Positions 37,760 to 50,077 are shown, counted from the whole stretch's first letter. The stretch: DNA of 63,192 bases, filler included, from Olpidium bornovanus S191 (GCA_017911155.1; 29 parts of 29 records of this genome joined end to end with filler, not necessarily neighbours in it); one strand, 5' to 3'. Made by a program: numbers and translations. The notes: generated from the sequence alone by a model not told the origin.

Positions 37760-37900
37760 GTCCGTCCTTGCTTTTTTCTGGAAAAAAAAAACGGAAAAAN
37801 NNNNNNNNNNNNNNNNNNNNNNNNNNNNNNNNNNNNNNNNNNNTTAATTAATTAANNNNNNNNNNNNNNNNNNNNNNNNNNNNNNNNNNNNNNNNNNNNC

Positions 37901-38158
37901 ATGACGCAGGCGAAGAAGATGGTCGAGCACGAGATGGAGAAGGAGATGCAAGCAAAGGCGGAACAGGCAGCGACTGAGGAAGAGAAAGAGCGATGGCGGC
38001 GGAAGCAGCGCGAAAAGGCTGAGGCTGCGACTCGCGAAGCCGTTGAGCGCGCTCGCGCCGACAGGATCCGGGAAGAGCTTATCAGACAGGAGGAAAAAGA
38101 GAAAAAGAGTAGGCAGGGAAAGCAGGTCGCGGCGGGCAAGAAGTCCAAAAGAAAATAG
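37901..38158 (+). CDS. C-terminal charged coiled-coil fragment of an unidentified protein
   Basis: E/K/R-rich helical ORF from the contig start, ending KKSKRK*. Confidence 0.4.
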   Translation: MTQAKKMVEHEMEKEMQAKAEQAATEEEKERWRRKQREKAEAATREAVERARADRIREELIRQEEKEKKSRQGKQVAAGKKSKRK

Positions 38159-38209
38159 CACCACGTCTTCTTCGTTTTCCTCTTCCCCTTCCCCCCCCCC
38201 TTTCCCGGC

Positions 38210-38265
38210 TAACTACAAGCTTCACGTTAGACGAGATTAACTACAAGCTTCACGTTAGACCAGAT
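38210..38265. repeat. 28-bp tandem duplication TAACTACAAGCTTCACGTTAGAC(G/C)AGAT, 2 copies
   Basis: 27 of 28 bases identical; copies adjacent, no spacer. Confidence 0.92.
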
Positions 38266-39711
38266 TAGAGTCGCGGCTTGTCCCGTGACGCAGCGGAAAA
38301 AGAGAAGGATTGCGCCGAAACGGAGGCGCTGCCCGTTCTCTAAAATGGCGCGTCCCAGCGGCACCACTTTAACCCAAGATGATCATCGACTGCGCCGCTG
38401 GCTCTGAATTTGCAGTCAAGCGGAAGTGTGTCCGAAACAAACAGTCATCGCACGGTATGCCGTGACGTCGTGCGGTCCAGCTCCCCGCAGGACGCGTGTT
38501 AAAGCTGAACGGACAGATCATCTTTTAAATGGAAATTACATTTACATTTAAGTAGATTACCATTACTTATATGTTTTATATAAATATTATATCTATAATA
38601 ATTATAGTAATATTTTACCTCTGACGCCGGATGCAAAGGCAAATGCGACGGGCAGATTTGAAGCCGGGGTAAAGCCGAATTTGCTGACCGGCTGCGATGC
38701 CGGATGCGAAGACAAATGCGACAGCCGGATTTGACGCCGTATTTGATGCTGGATGCGAAGGCAAGGTGCAAAGGACCGTGAAGGGCAGCTTCGGCTGTGG
38801 CGGCTGGCGTGCCGGATGTTCCTTATGTTTTTTGGTTTTGCGACCCTGTCGCGCGGGAGGTTTAGTTATTTGATTGTCGATGAAAGCGTTGGCTTTTTTT
38901 TTGTGCGCCTCAAAGTGGTGGCCGATTCGGCTACCGGGAATGGGTTTTCACTCGCAACCGGGGAAAAAGGTAGGTTAGGAAATGCAAGCAGCCAATCAGC
39001 GCTTGGAATGGAGCACAGGCGTAGAACTATCCTCTGAGAGGACCAATGGAAACCAGGATCAAGGCCCCCTTTATTAACTTTTTAAAGGAAGCATTTGGGG
39101 GGGGGGGGGGGGGGGGGCTGACCAATCGTCAAGAATTCAAGCATGTGTTACGGACTCTATATCCCGGCGTTGTTTCCCTTCTCCCAATACACAAAATATT
39201 AAACAAAGCATGTTATCAGCACCCGCTGCTCTCGACACCGTCGACAAAATCCCCCCTTTCCCCCATCTCCCCTCCACTTCCCCGCCGCCGCCGTGTTTTC
39301 GCCTCCGCTGCGCAGCGCTACATCCCGCGNNNNNNNNNNNNNNNNNNNNNNNNNNNNNNNNNNNNNNNNNNNNTTAATTAATTAANNNNNNNNNNNNNNN
39401 NNNNNNNNNNNNNNNNNNNNNNNNNNNNNTTGGTTTTGGACACGAGAAGAAAAACAATGATATCACCATTTCTCGGCGCCGTACGCCCGCCCACACGGAA
39501 AGGGGTTAGGCGAGACCCAGCATAAAATGGACCGCGGTTTTTCAGCCATGTGGCGGCGCTGCGTTTTCCGTAGCCTCGGACACGAGAAGCCCTTCCCTGC
39601 TCCTCGCCTCGCCTTTCCACAAGTTGCCGCAGTTTCGACAGAATTTTAGTTTGTGCGTGCGCTTCCTTTTCACCCTCCTTCCGCGCTTCTCGCTGGGAAA
39701 ACAAAACAAAA

Positions 39712-39754
<43 letters not shown>

Positions 39755-40008
39755 GCGGGGAAAAAGACGGGGAAAGAGCACGGGGCCGGGCGGAAGGGCG
39801 GGCCCGCGCACAAAACATACATAAAAAAAACGGCGTCGTCGTGAAATCCCGCCCCACTTCGGGCGCGATTCGGAGACCCGGCGGAAAAAGAGGAGAGGAG
39901 AGGAGAGGACGAGGGCGGAGGGGCGCGGAAACGCAAGCAGCCGCAGAAGCAGAAGCAGAAGCAGCAGCAGCAGCAGCAGCGCCAGTTTCACGCGCTTTGT
40001 CCCCTTCC

Positions 40009-42739
40009 ATGGCCTCGTCCGCCGTGCACGTCTTCTCCGAGAAGACGTTCGCCAGGCCCAGCCGCTGCGCTCATTGCTCCAGAATGCTCTGGGGGCTGAC
40101 CAAGCAGGGCCTGAGGTGCCGAGGTGAGCGGGGAGAGCCCAAACGGGCGATGGCGGGGAACAATTGTAAAAGAAAGAAGAAACCACCCGCATAAAACAAA
40201 ACGCCGGAAGGACGGTCGCAGAACGCTGGTTCGCGTCGTCGTCCGCGCCGGCGCGGTGGAAAAGAGCTTCAGGTTTTATTCTGGCGCAGCCGGTTTTTCT
40301 GCCGGGGTGTCCGGGAATAAGCGGCGGCGGCGCCTCATACAAACTGTGGACTGGCCCGGGGTTGCGGCCTTTACCGGAGCCTTGTCGCGCCGGCTGTTGA
40401 CTTCGCTTCCCGCTCGCGCCTTCTCCTTCTTATCCATTTTTTGTTCGTTTTTCTTTGCAAATTGGCTGTTCTGGTCAGCTTGTGGCACCGTCTGCCACAA
40501 GAGGTGCGAAGATCTGATCTCCCCATCGTGTTCTCGGACCCCGCGCTGGAGCGGAAGGAGGGACCGCCGCCCGCCCCGCGACGGCGCCGGCTTGGCCGAA
40601 GTGGTCCCCGCGAACTGTCGTCGCGCCCGCAGCCCGGCACCGTTTGCGGTCGACCCGCGCCGCGAGGACTCCACGGACTGCAGAAAACCCGCGTCGCGGA
40701 AGAGCCGTCGGCCCTTCGCGAGCGTCGCCGCCGAACCGAACAGGGCCAGAACGGACGCCGGCGGCAGCCGCATAGTACAAGAGCTTTTTGTATGTTTGGC
40801 TGCGCATGCTTTTCCCGCGACTTTGATTCCCGGGGGGGATACGCCCGCCCTCTTTTTTTTTCGTTCTTTTTTTGTCTTTTTTATTTTTTATTTTTATCTT
40901 TCTTTTTTGGTTTTCTTTCTGTGCTTATGTTTTTCTTTTTGTTTTTTTCCTTTTTTCTTTATTTTTTCTTTCTTTTTTCGTTAACAATGCGTTATAGCAA
41001 ATAATTGCATTAAGTATGCGTTAATTATTGATTCATCATATATTTTTTCACTCCTTTTCTTTTCGTTCTTTTTTCTTTTCTTTTTTTCCATTTTTCTACT
41101 CTTTTTTTCCTGTTTCATTTTTTTCCTGTTTTTTTTTCCCTTTTTTCCCTTTTTTCCCTTTTTTCCCTTTTTTCCCTTTTTTCCCTTTTTTCCCTTTTTT
41201 CCCGTTTTTCCCGTTTTTCCTGTTTGTATTCTTTTTTTCTGGCGGTGTGTTTGCTAAAACGCGGCGTCGGCGCCTGTTGCTGCTGCTTTGGGCCCAGGTT
41301 TCGACCGCTCGCAATCACGTCGAAGCCGAAAAGCTCAGCCAGGAGCCGGCTCTGAACCTGCTCACAACCACTCCGAAAAATCTCGTCGGGTTTGTCGTGA
41401 GAATAGGGCCGGTATTCTCTTTCAAGCATGCGGTCGAAAAGGTGGTCGCTTGGGAAGACCCCGTCTTCACGATGCTGATAATGGCCTTGTGGGTTCTCGT
41501 ATGTGAGTATTTCGTTCGTATTGTGCCTGGTGGGCAGTATCCGGTAACGTTCGCGTAAGGAAACGCCCCTGCGGATTTGTCGCGGCCTGGCGCGTACTGG
41601 CGTCGGTGGCATCCGCAGTCGGACGCACATGGTGTTGTTTGCCTGCGTTCGGGGGGCATCCGCAGTCCGGCGCACGCGGTGTTGTTTTCCCGTGTTCGGG
41701 TGGCGTCCGCAGCCCGACTCATATGGCGGTGTTTTCCTCTGCGCCGCCCCTAGGCCTTCACCCAATTGTCCTCGTCGTTCTCCCCCAAGTATTACTTTTG
41801 CGCAAAATCCTTTACAACTACTATGCCCGCGCCCGTGCCCTTGCGGTCAAAGACCATTGGAAACCGTCGGCATCGTCGCCCACCCGCGGAGCAGACGTGG
41901 CGCTGTACAAGAGAAACCTGCAGCACATCCAGAACTCTATGGGACAGTACGTTGACCTGTACGACGCCCTGAACGGACAGTACAAAATGCTCGACTGGTC
42001 GGACGAGCAGGTCACCTTGGCCGTCACCAAGTTCATCATCGTTACGATACCGCTCTCCGTGGTCCTTTTTTGGGTCTTCCCGCTCAAGCTCGTCCTCCTG
42101 GTCGGCGGCCTGTACCCGTTCGTCGCCAACACCGTCGTGTTACGCGCGGCCGTCTCGACGCTGGTCCCGTACCTCGAGGGCCACATACGCGACAAGCTGC
42201 GGAATGTCAGAAAATCCATCGAGAAGCGCGTCTCCATCGGCACCTGCCGCGAGAGGAGGCAGGTGCGGCTGTACGAGGCGCAGAGGTGGTGGGCCGGCGT
42301 CGGCTTCACGTCGCGCCGCATGCTCGGCTTCGACCCCGCGCCCTGGGCGGACGAGTCGGGCGCGCGGGCGCTCCCGCCGAAGGAGCTGTGCGTCCCGCCG
42401 CCGGGCTACGCGTTCGCCGTTGGCTCGGAGTGGACGGTGGACCGCGGGTTCCGCCCCGACCGCGACGGCGACGAGAACGGCTGGGTGTACACCGACTTCA
42501 ACTGGAACCACCCGCGCAAGCGCACCAACGTCTTCTCCGCCACCCGCCGGCGGTGCTGGGTGCGCGACCTCGTTCACGTCTGCTGCGACGGCGACGCACC
42601 TTCCGGCGACTCCGCCGCCTTGTCGGTCTACGCCGGTTCCCCGCGCCACGGGGATTTTCTGGCGACAGCCCCCGCGAGTCACGGGGCCGACGCCGAAACG
42701 GCGTGCTTGTGCAAAGAGCGCAACGCGGCTCTGAGATAA
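40009..42739 (+). CDS. C1-domain / Pex24-Pex29-family peroxin fusion (reticulon-like TM region plus DysF), complete (exons 40009-40123, 40479-40789, 41298-41502, 41754-42739)
   Basis: Exons 1-2 give a C1 zinc finger: HVFSEKTFARPSRCAHCSRMLWGLTKQGLRCR-ACGTVCHKRCEDLISPSC. Later exons give Pex24p-type WEDPVFT, NLQHIQNSMG and LDWSDE, hydrophobic hairpins, and DysF motifs LYEAQRWWAGVGF, EWTVD, ENGWVYTDFNW and TRRRCWVR. All intron phases are consistent. Confidence 0.88.
41138..41220. repeat. Intronic 9-bp tandem repeat (TTTTTTCCC)n, about 9 copies
   Basis: Read directly in intron 2 of the C1-Pex gene. Confidence 0.9.
41608..41745. repeat. Intronic 47-bp imperfect tandem repeat, 3 copies
   Basis: Units starting GGC(A/G)TCCGCAG at 41608, 41655 and 41702 in intron 3 of the C1-Pex gene. 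Confidence 0.85.
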
Positions 42740-43586
42740 TGTTGACGCGCGCCGCCCGACCCTTCCCGCCCCCGACGAAGAACCTCCCGGCGGAGAGAAA
42801 TCGCGCGCGTGCGCGCGGTGTGTTGTAACAGTAGTGCAGTTAGACAGCGCACGTCTATTTTTCCAGACGTTAGAACCCCCCCCCCCCGCACAACGAGTTC
42901 CCGACTGCCGTTTTTTCCGTTTTCTAGATTTTGTCAATCCTCTTCCCCGGCATACCCCTTCCCCCCCTTCCCCCCTTCCAATTCGGTTCCCCGCCGGATC
43001 TCACGTCGCTTTCTTTTGTTTTGTTTTTTGTTTTTTTTGTTGTTGTTTTTGCCGCGCAGGAAAAAAAAAAAAAGAAAAGAAAAGAAATCATTTCATCTAG
43101 TCGTTTGTCCTTTTTCCTCCCCTCCGCCACCTTCCTCCTCCTCCTCCTCCTTCTTTTCTTTCTTCCTTCCCCCTCCTCCCCACCTCCCTTCCTCCCTTCC
43201 CCCTGGTCCTCTCTCATCCAGCGGGTCCCCTCGCCACGCAGCTGCGCCTCATCCGTCGAAAACACAATGTGACGCACAGCCGACATTTCGTCAGCCACTT
43301 TTCGGAGGGGATTTCATGAGACGGCAGCGCACCGTCCGGGGCACAGCCGCTGGGAGGGGCGCGCGCGCTCTGCTCGCGGGTCGGAGCCAGACCACCCCCC
43401 CCCCCCCCCCCCCCCCCGGGGGGGGGGTGTTTTTTTTTTTTTTTTCTTTCGAAAANNNNNNNNNNNNNNNNNNNNNNNNNNNNNNNNNNNNNNNNNNNNT
43501 TAATTAATTAANNNNNNNNNNNNNNNNNNNNNNNNNNNNNNNNNNNNNNNNNNNNGGCGGGGGGGGGCGCGGGGGGGGGGGGGGGG

Positions 43587-43623
<37 letters not shown>

Positions 43624-43956
43624 GAAAGGCGGAAGGCGAGGGGAGAGGTCCCAGGAGAGTACCCCGCTGAGAAGGGGAGGGCTCTCCGGCGCTTCGCGTC
43701 GAAGTTGGCGTTCGCATCGAAGAAAGAAAGGGGAGTGGCGGGGGGGAAGAGGTGGAGCGGCTGCGAGGGGCGACGCCGTTTTCCTCACCGCGCGGGCGAA
43801 ATGCCGCCGTGTCGTCATTTATTTCCTCTTTTTTTTGGGGGGGGAGAGGGGGGGCGGGGGAAGCGGTGTTATTACCCGAACGACTTCTGTTTCAACTGGC
43901 CACCGCCGACCGTTTTCTTCCTTTTTTTTGGTTTGCCCCCCGGCGCCCCGCTGCAG

Positions 43957-45140
43957 TTGATCAGACTCGCAATAAAGGATAATAACGAGGCACACAGGGC
44001 CATCGTCCAGTTCATCAGGGTGCGTGTGGAGTTCTGCGCCAGCTGTCCGGCGCGCTGTTTCCGAATTGCGCGGGAGGGGAGAACAGGGAAAGGATGACCA
44101 AGTTTTTGCACGGCCGGGTACTTTTTTTTGGCTTTTCTGGCTTGACACGACTCTCGTGCGCGTCTTTTTCGTTTCGCCTGCCCTTTTCTTTCCGCTGTTT
44201 CGCCGTGGTGGCGTCGCGCGGGCAGATCAAGCACCCCGACGTCCTGCCCAACCTGTACCGGGCGGCGTCGCTGCTGAAGGACGTCCCAGAGCGGGTGATC
44301 TCCCTGAAGGCCGTGACCAGCATCTTCGACCGGGGCGAGCAGCGGCTGCTCGTCATCCCGGGGAGGGAGCGCTGCGTCGCGTGGGAGCTGCTCGTGCGGG
44401 AGGAAGCGCGGCGGCAGCTGGAGAAAGAGGGGGCGGTGCGGACCGTTGACGACCTGTGGATCGCGGAGCCGACCCGGGCCGAGCACGAAGTGTGGACGGC
44501 GGCGCCGGCGACGCGGTTAGACCGCGGGCGCGAGAAGAAGTTTGAGGCGCTGTTGGGCGAGAAGGAGCGGCGCGCGAGCTTCGCCGAGCGCGTCCGCGTC
44601 GCGTGCGCGCAGCGCGGGGTGACGGCGGCCGACTTCCGGGCGGCCGTCGAGCGGACGAGCCGGAGCGGGCCGTTCCGCGCGTACATCGAGGCGACCCAGC
44701 TGGAGGCGCTGGACCCGGAGCCCCTCGTGGGCGACAGCCCGCTCAAGGCGGTCGAGAACCGCAACCCGCGCAGCAGGTGGAGGTTTGCGGAGGGCATCCA
44801 CCGCTGGAAGTTTGAGAAGGAGGGCCTCGCGCACCACGAGGTCCTGCCGCGCGCGGTCCTCGAGGACTTCGACGACCGTTGCGACCAGGTCGTGGCCGGC
44901 TGGCACCGGTGGGACCGCGGGAAGTTCATTGAGCTCGTCAAGGAGAAGGGCGGCGGGTGGGGCCGCCGCGACGTCGAGAAGGCGGAGTACTACCGCCGCA
45001 AGACCGCCGACGGCACCCTGTCCGACGCGGACCTCTTCGACCTCCGCCGCGAGAAGCTCACGCCGGCGTCGGCCAGGGACCCGCCGAGAAAGTACCGCAG
45101 GTACAGGCAGTTCTGGCGCCGGGAGGGCTTGTACTTCTGA
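43957..45140 (+). CDS. 3' part of an unidentified protein (exons 43957-44019 and 44226-45140)
   Basis: AG/GT-bounded phase-0 exons with strong GC3 codon bias and globular-looking sequence, ending KYRRYRQFWRREGLYF*. Family not recognised. Confidence 0.6.
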
Positions 45141-45754
45141 TGTCGACGCCGCGGACCTCGCGAGCGGCGGCAAACAGCGCCGGCACCAGCACCAGCACCA
45201 GCACCAGCAGATTGATGATGGTGATAATATACGGCGGAAAAAAAAAAATTTAAAAAAAGAGAACGGCACCTTCTTCGGCCCCCACCACTTTCCCCTCCCC
45301 CACCCCACAAAAATAATTCCCAAAAGAACAAAAAAAAACAAAAAACAAAAACAAAAACCGAATCACCCGGTTGGCCCCGCCGCTGCGCGGGTGGTGGGGG
45401 AGGGTGAGGGGCGGTGGTGTGGGGGAGGGCGGGTGGGACCCCCTTCCTTGTAAACGGGCATCCCGTTTCTCAAGCCTAAACAATTTAGGGGAGGGCGAGA
45501 AGGGGGGCAAGGGGAGTTTTGCCTCGAGCGTTTTGCTGAAGGAATTTTTTTTTTAACTTTTCTTTTGTTTTCTTTCAAGTTTGCGAGAAAAGGCGTAGGG
45601 AAGAGACGAAAAGAAACCCCCCCCCCCCCCCCCCCCTCCCCCCTTCCCGCCCACNNNNNNNNNNNNNNNNNNNNNNNNNNNNNNNNNNNNNNNNNNNNTT
45701 AATTAATTAANNNNNNNNNNNNNNNNNNNNNNNNNNNNNNNNNNNNNNNNNNNN

Positions 45755-46999
45755 CCTGCTGAGGGAGCCGGGGTCCAGGGACCCGACAATACCTCCAGGA
45801 TCCCGCCGACGGGGGCGGTGAGGTCCATTTCCACCTCTTCTTCGTCGACGGAATCCCTGATACAAACAGGAACAAATCAAATTACAATGGTTAGATTCCT
45901 CACGCCAAATGGATAAAATCGTCCAAATTCAAGAGATTATCGGTTAGGATTTACTTACTGGTCGGATATTGTCGGATCCGCAGGGATGGCGGCGGCGGCG
46001 GTGCGGGCGGGGGGGGCCGACGGCGGCGAGGCGGGCGGGCGTGCCGGCGGGGGTGCGGGCGGTGGTGCGGGCGGCGAGGCGGGCGGGCGTGCAGGCGGGG
46101 GTGCCGGCGGGGGTTCCGGCGGCGGCGATGCGGGCGGAGGCTCCGGCGAGGGCTCCGGCGTCGGCGAGGCCGGCAAGGGTGTCGGCGGCGGCGAGGCGGG
46201 CGGGGGTGACGGCGGCGGCGCGGACTGTGTCTGCGGCGGGGGCGGGCGTGCGCACGGGCGGGGTGGCGGTGGCGCCGCGGAACAGGCCGGCGGCGGCGGC
46301 GGTGGTGCGCACGGGCGAGGCGGCGGCGGCGCGGGCGAGGTCGGCGGTGGCGGCGCGCACGGGCGGGGCGGCCGTAGGGACGCGGACAGGCGCAGCGGTG
46401 GCGGCGCGCACGGGCGGGGCGGCCGTGGGGACGCGGACAGGCGCAGCGGCAGCGGCGTGGGCGGCGGCGGCGACAGCGAGGCCCACCGCCAGGGCGGCGT
46501 CGGTGGCGGCGGAGGCGGGGTCGGGGTCGGGGACGGAGGGAGCGAGGGCGGGGGCGAAGTCGGAGGCGGAGGGGGAGAGGGCGGGGGCGGAAGGGTAGAG
46601 GGCGGTTACGGTGAGGGCGGCGGCCGCGGGCGCGCAGGGCGCCGGCGCGGGGTTCGCCCGGCGCCGCTCACCCGCGTCGCCTGCGGCGTCCTCGCCTCCC
46701 CGCGACCGCTTCCTCCTCGCGGGCGAGGCGGCGGCCGCCTGGGCGACGGGCGCCCCGCGCAGGGCTCCGGAGAGCGCAGCCAGCCGCCCGGAGCAACGGG
46801 GCGGCCCGGCGGGCGGAACGGGGCTCACGCGCCGCCGGATACGCCGCGCGTCTCCGTCCCCGGCGCACGGATCACGCTTCCTGGGGTTCTCGGGGGCGCC
46901 CAGGTCGCGGTGGGGACGGTCCGGGCGGCCGGCACCCGCGCAGGGGCCTTCAGCGGCCGCGAGCCTCGCAGCGAGCCTTTCCGAGCGACGAGGAGCCAT
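45755..46999 (-). CDS. Low-complexity Ala/Pro-rich protein, reading frame ambiguous; downstream exon may carry a MELT-like motif
   Basis: ATG at 46999 (MAPRRSERLAAR). Strong CA|GTAAGT donor at 45958 and CAG acceptor at 45857. Both the Ala-rich and Pro-rich frames stay open across this intron. Confidence 0.4.
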
Positions 47000-47030
47000 G
47001 CTGGGTTGGTGGTGATGTGTTTGTGTGTGC

Positions 47031-47149
47031 GGGTGTGTGTGTGTGTGTGTGTGTGTGGGATGGGGGAGGGAAGGCGGGGGAAAAGAGGAAGGGGCGGTTG
47101 TGCGGGTGCGCGTGAATCTCCCTGTTGTTGTTGTTGTTGTTGTTGTTGT
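47031..47149. repeat. Adjacent (GT)n and (GTT)n microsatellites
   Basis: A gtgtgt run at about 47031-47054 and a gttgtt run at about 47123-47149. Confidence 0.9.
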
Positions 47150-47387
47150 TTTTCTCTTTTTGTTTTTTTTTTCTCTCTCCCCTCCCCTCTGTCTCTTTTC
47201 TCTTTTTTCTGCTGGGGAGAAAAAAAAAAAAACTCCTGCGCGCCGGGCACATACGCTACAGCAAGTCTCGATGGGAGGCGCCCGTCCNNNNNNNNNNNNN
47301 NNNNNNNNNNNNNNNNNNNNNNNNNNNNNNNTTAATTAATTAANNNNNNNNNNNNNNNNNNNNNNNNNNNNNNNNNNNNNNNNNNNN

Positions 47388-48558
47388 CCATGCGCGGAGG
47401 ATGTGGGCTATGATCTCGTCCATCCCCACGCCGTGCTTGACCTGCGCGAACACGGTGGGCCCGTCGTCGCGCATGCGCCGGGCGTCGCGGTCCATGACGG
47501 ACAGGTCCGCCCCGACGAACGGGGCCAAGTCGGTCTTGTTGATGATCAGGAGGTCCGACTGGGTTATACCTGCATCGTGTAAGGGGAGAGCGGCGGGGCG
47601 GGGAGGGAAGGAAGGCAAGAGGGGGAGAGTGGGGAGGTGAGAAGCAGAAAGACGTCTAGCGGAAGGTTTGACGAAGCGGCGACGCAGCGCACGGTTTTTC
47701 GATGCGACGGCCTGCGCTCTTTTCACCCCGACCCCCGAATATTACCTGGGCCTCCCTTCCGGGGGATCTTGTCGCCGCCTGAAAGGTATTTTCGCCGGGA
47801 CGCAGCGAACGCACCACCGAAGAGAGCGGGTTGAGGGGAAGCAGAGTCAAACTACGTTCTTTCTTCATTCCGCAAAACGACGCGACGGCAGGCTCCGTAC
47901 CCGACACGTCCTAGTCAACGGCCCCCGGGATTGCGTGAAAACCGCACGCGGCGACAGCTTAGAACTTTCCGCTTCAACAACCCGCCTCGGTCCCTTCAAC
48001 AGCTTTACGCAAGCCCCCCCCCCCCCCCGCACCTCGACTCACGATAACGTAGATGATGTAATCAGCAAGCTCCCGCGAAAAGTTCGCTGGTTTAGCGCGA
48101 ATTTTTTTTGCCCCGCGGCGGTAAAACGCGTCAACCGGTGGCCGAACGGAATTTTTTTCTGTTCTTGCGCGGGCGCACCGCGCATAGAGGCAACCCCCCG
48201 GGAAACAGTCTTGTCCCCTACCGGCCAGGTTGTCCCCTCCGGACTCGACGAGCAGGAGGTCTGGGTTGAACTGGGCGTGGAGCTCCTCCAGGGCGGTCAG
48301 ATTCACACTGATGTCCTCGCGGATGGCTTTTTTTGGGAAGAGGGGGGAGCACGGGGGGGAGGGGGGGAGGGCGGGGAGGGCGGGGAGGGGTGGGACGGAA
48401 GAGAAACAGGTAGAAATGGCGCCGGGCACGATTCGGGCGCCGCAGTAATTAGCGACACCGAGGGGTGCGCCGGGCGCGCTTACCTGCGTGGGGACAGCCG
48501 CCGGTCTCCACGGCGCGAATCCGCTCTGGCGGAAGTGCCTGGTTCCGGACCAGGAACC
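47388..48558 (-). CDS. ureG: Urease accessory GTPase UreG, at least 6 exons including a 10-nt microexon; both ends truncated
   Basis: Splices to [31 protein letters not shown]...[64 protein letters not shown]...FAQVKHGVG. Contains the diagnostic CPH, ESGGDNL and NKTD motifs. Confidence 0.96.
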
Positions 48559-48743
48559 TGGTTCGGGGAATTTCCGCTCGCACATCAAACGGAACAGTTC
48601 GCCAGGTCTCGCNNNNNNNNNNNNNNNNNNNNNNNNNNNNNNNNNNNNNNNNNNNNTTAATTAATTAANNNNNNNNNNNNNNNNNNNNNNNNNNNNNNNN
48701 NNNNNNNNNNNNGTTGGAAAGGGGGAGACATAGTAAAGGGGCA

Positions 48744-48819
48744 CTGCGCACTCTCCGCCCCTGGACCGTAGTTCCCCTTCCCTGCGCACTCTCCGCCCCT
48801 GGACCGTAGTCCCCTTTCC
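48744..48819. repeat. 38-bp tandem duplication CTGCGCACTCTCCGCCCCTGGACCGTAGT..., 2 copies
   Basis: Units at 48744 and 48782; the first 29 nt are identical. Confidence 0.9.
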
Positions 48820-50077
48820 TGTACACATATAGAGTAAACAAAGGTGGCGGAAAATACAGCCCCGGTAGAGCTCCTCCGTCCCCCCCGAAAAACCGTCTAA
48901 GTTCTTCAGGGGGGGCAACCGAGCCATACGTCAAATCTGGTTTATCGTCCTCTGTGTTGATTTCCGTCTCGCGGTTTCGTCTTGGTCTGGCCCCGGTCGC
49001 TGCCGTCAGTAACTGGCCTTCCGCGACGTACAAAATTGCTCGGACTCAGGGCGAACCGTTCAACAGGAAGATTCTATTGTGCCTGCGCAGCTCACGAAGT
49101 CCAAACGCCGAAAGTAAAAAATTCAGATTTGATCAAGTTCGAATCAAATAATTCCGGTGATAATTTTCACACAAGAAGGTAAGCATTCTTTGCGATGAAC
49201 TCCTGTAACGTTTGTCTTGGTCTCATTCTTGCTGGCCGAGTTTCGTCCGGTCGTAGTCGCACAACCAGACGTAATTCTTTCGTTCGTTGGGCCGATCTGG
49301 ATTTTGATACAATGCTCGGCCAAACTGTCGCCAGACCACGGGTCCCGACCGGCCCCAAATTTCCCCTCCTTGTCCGATGCTGAAGACTGCTGCTCTCTCG
49401 CAAATTTAAGATTACCACGAGTTCCCAAGCTCACCGGTCGCTCTCATCGCGCTCGTCGCATCTCGTCGCGTCGTCGTCGCTCTGGTTGCCATCGTCGTCA
49501 CTCACGTCGTCGTCCTCGTCCTCACCGCCACTCTCGTGTTGTCGCCGTTGTCATCATTGCCGTCCTTGTCGCTCTCACCGTCCTCATCGCTCTCGCCATC
49601 GTCGTCATTTGTCGCGCGCATCACTCTCCAAAAGTGCCGGTCCTACGGGTGCCCTCCTGCCCGGGAGCGCGCCAACTGCAGTGGGGCAGAATAGCAGTTG
49701 TCAGGCGGCACAGCGCCTTCTAGATTCGAGACCTGCTCTTTTCTCAAAATGCGTCACTTTTCATTCTACTCTAACAATTTTCGTCGTTCGCCGAAGATCC
49801 CGCCCGTGAGGGAGGGTTCTTCGTCAGCTGTCGTCTAAAGTCAACAGAAAGGGGAAGCCGCCTCGCACACGTGTGTTTGGGCGTATGGGGTGCGCAGTGT
49901 ACAAGGAAATATTCATCGCGATGATTTCGGCGCCCAAGATTTCGGCTTCAAGAATGACTCCCGCGCACGCCTCATGANNNNNNNNNNNNNNNNNNNNNNN
50001 NNNNNNNNNNNNNNNNNNNNNTTAATTAATTAANNNNNNNNNNNNNNNNNNNNNNNNNNNNNNNNNNNNNNNNNNNN

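Noticed and set aside
38621-38770. Three degenerate GA(C/T)GC(C/T)GGATGC(A/G)AAG repeats as a coding repeat
   Set aside because: Irregular spacing puts the copies in different frames with stops. No consistent protein results.
45986-47287. Gly-rich plus-strand ORF with AHGRGG repeats
   Set aside because: It runs through microsatellites and poly-T without a stop. Splice signals and a plausible ATG favour the minus strand.
38210-48819. 28-bp (38210) and 38-bp (48744) direct repeats as CRISPR remnants
   Set aside because: Only two adjacent copies each, no unique spacers, no cas genes, and a eukaryotic context.
49150-49720. Acidic low-complexity minus-strand stretch as a transposase or host gene
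   Set aside because: Broken across frames, with no recognisable catalytic or family motif.
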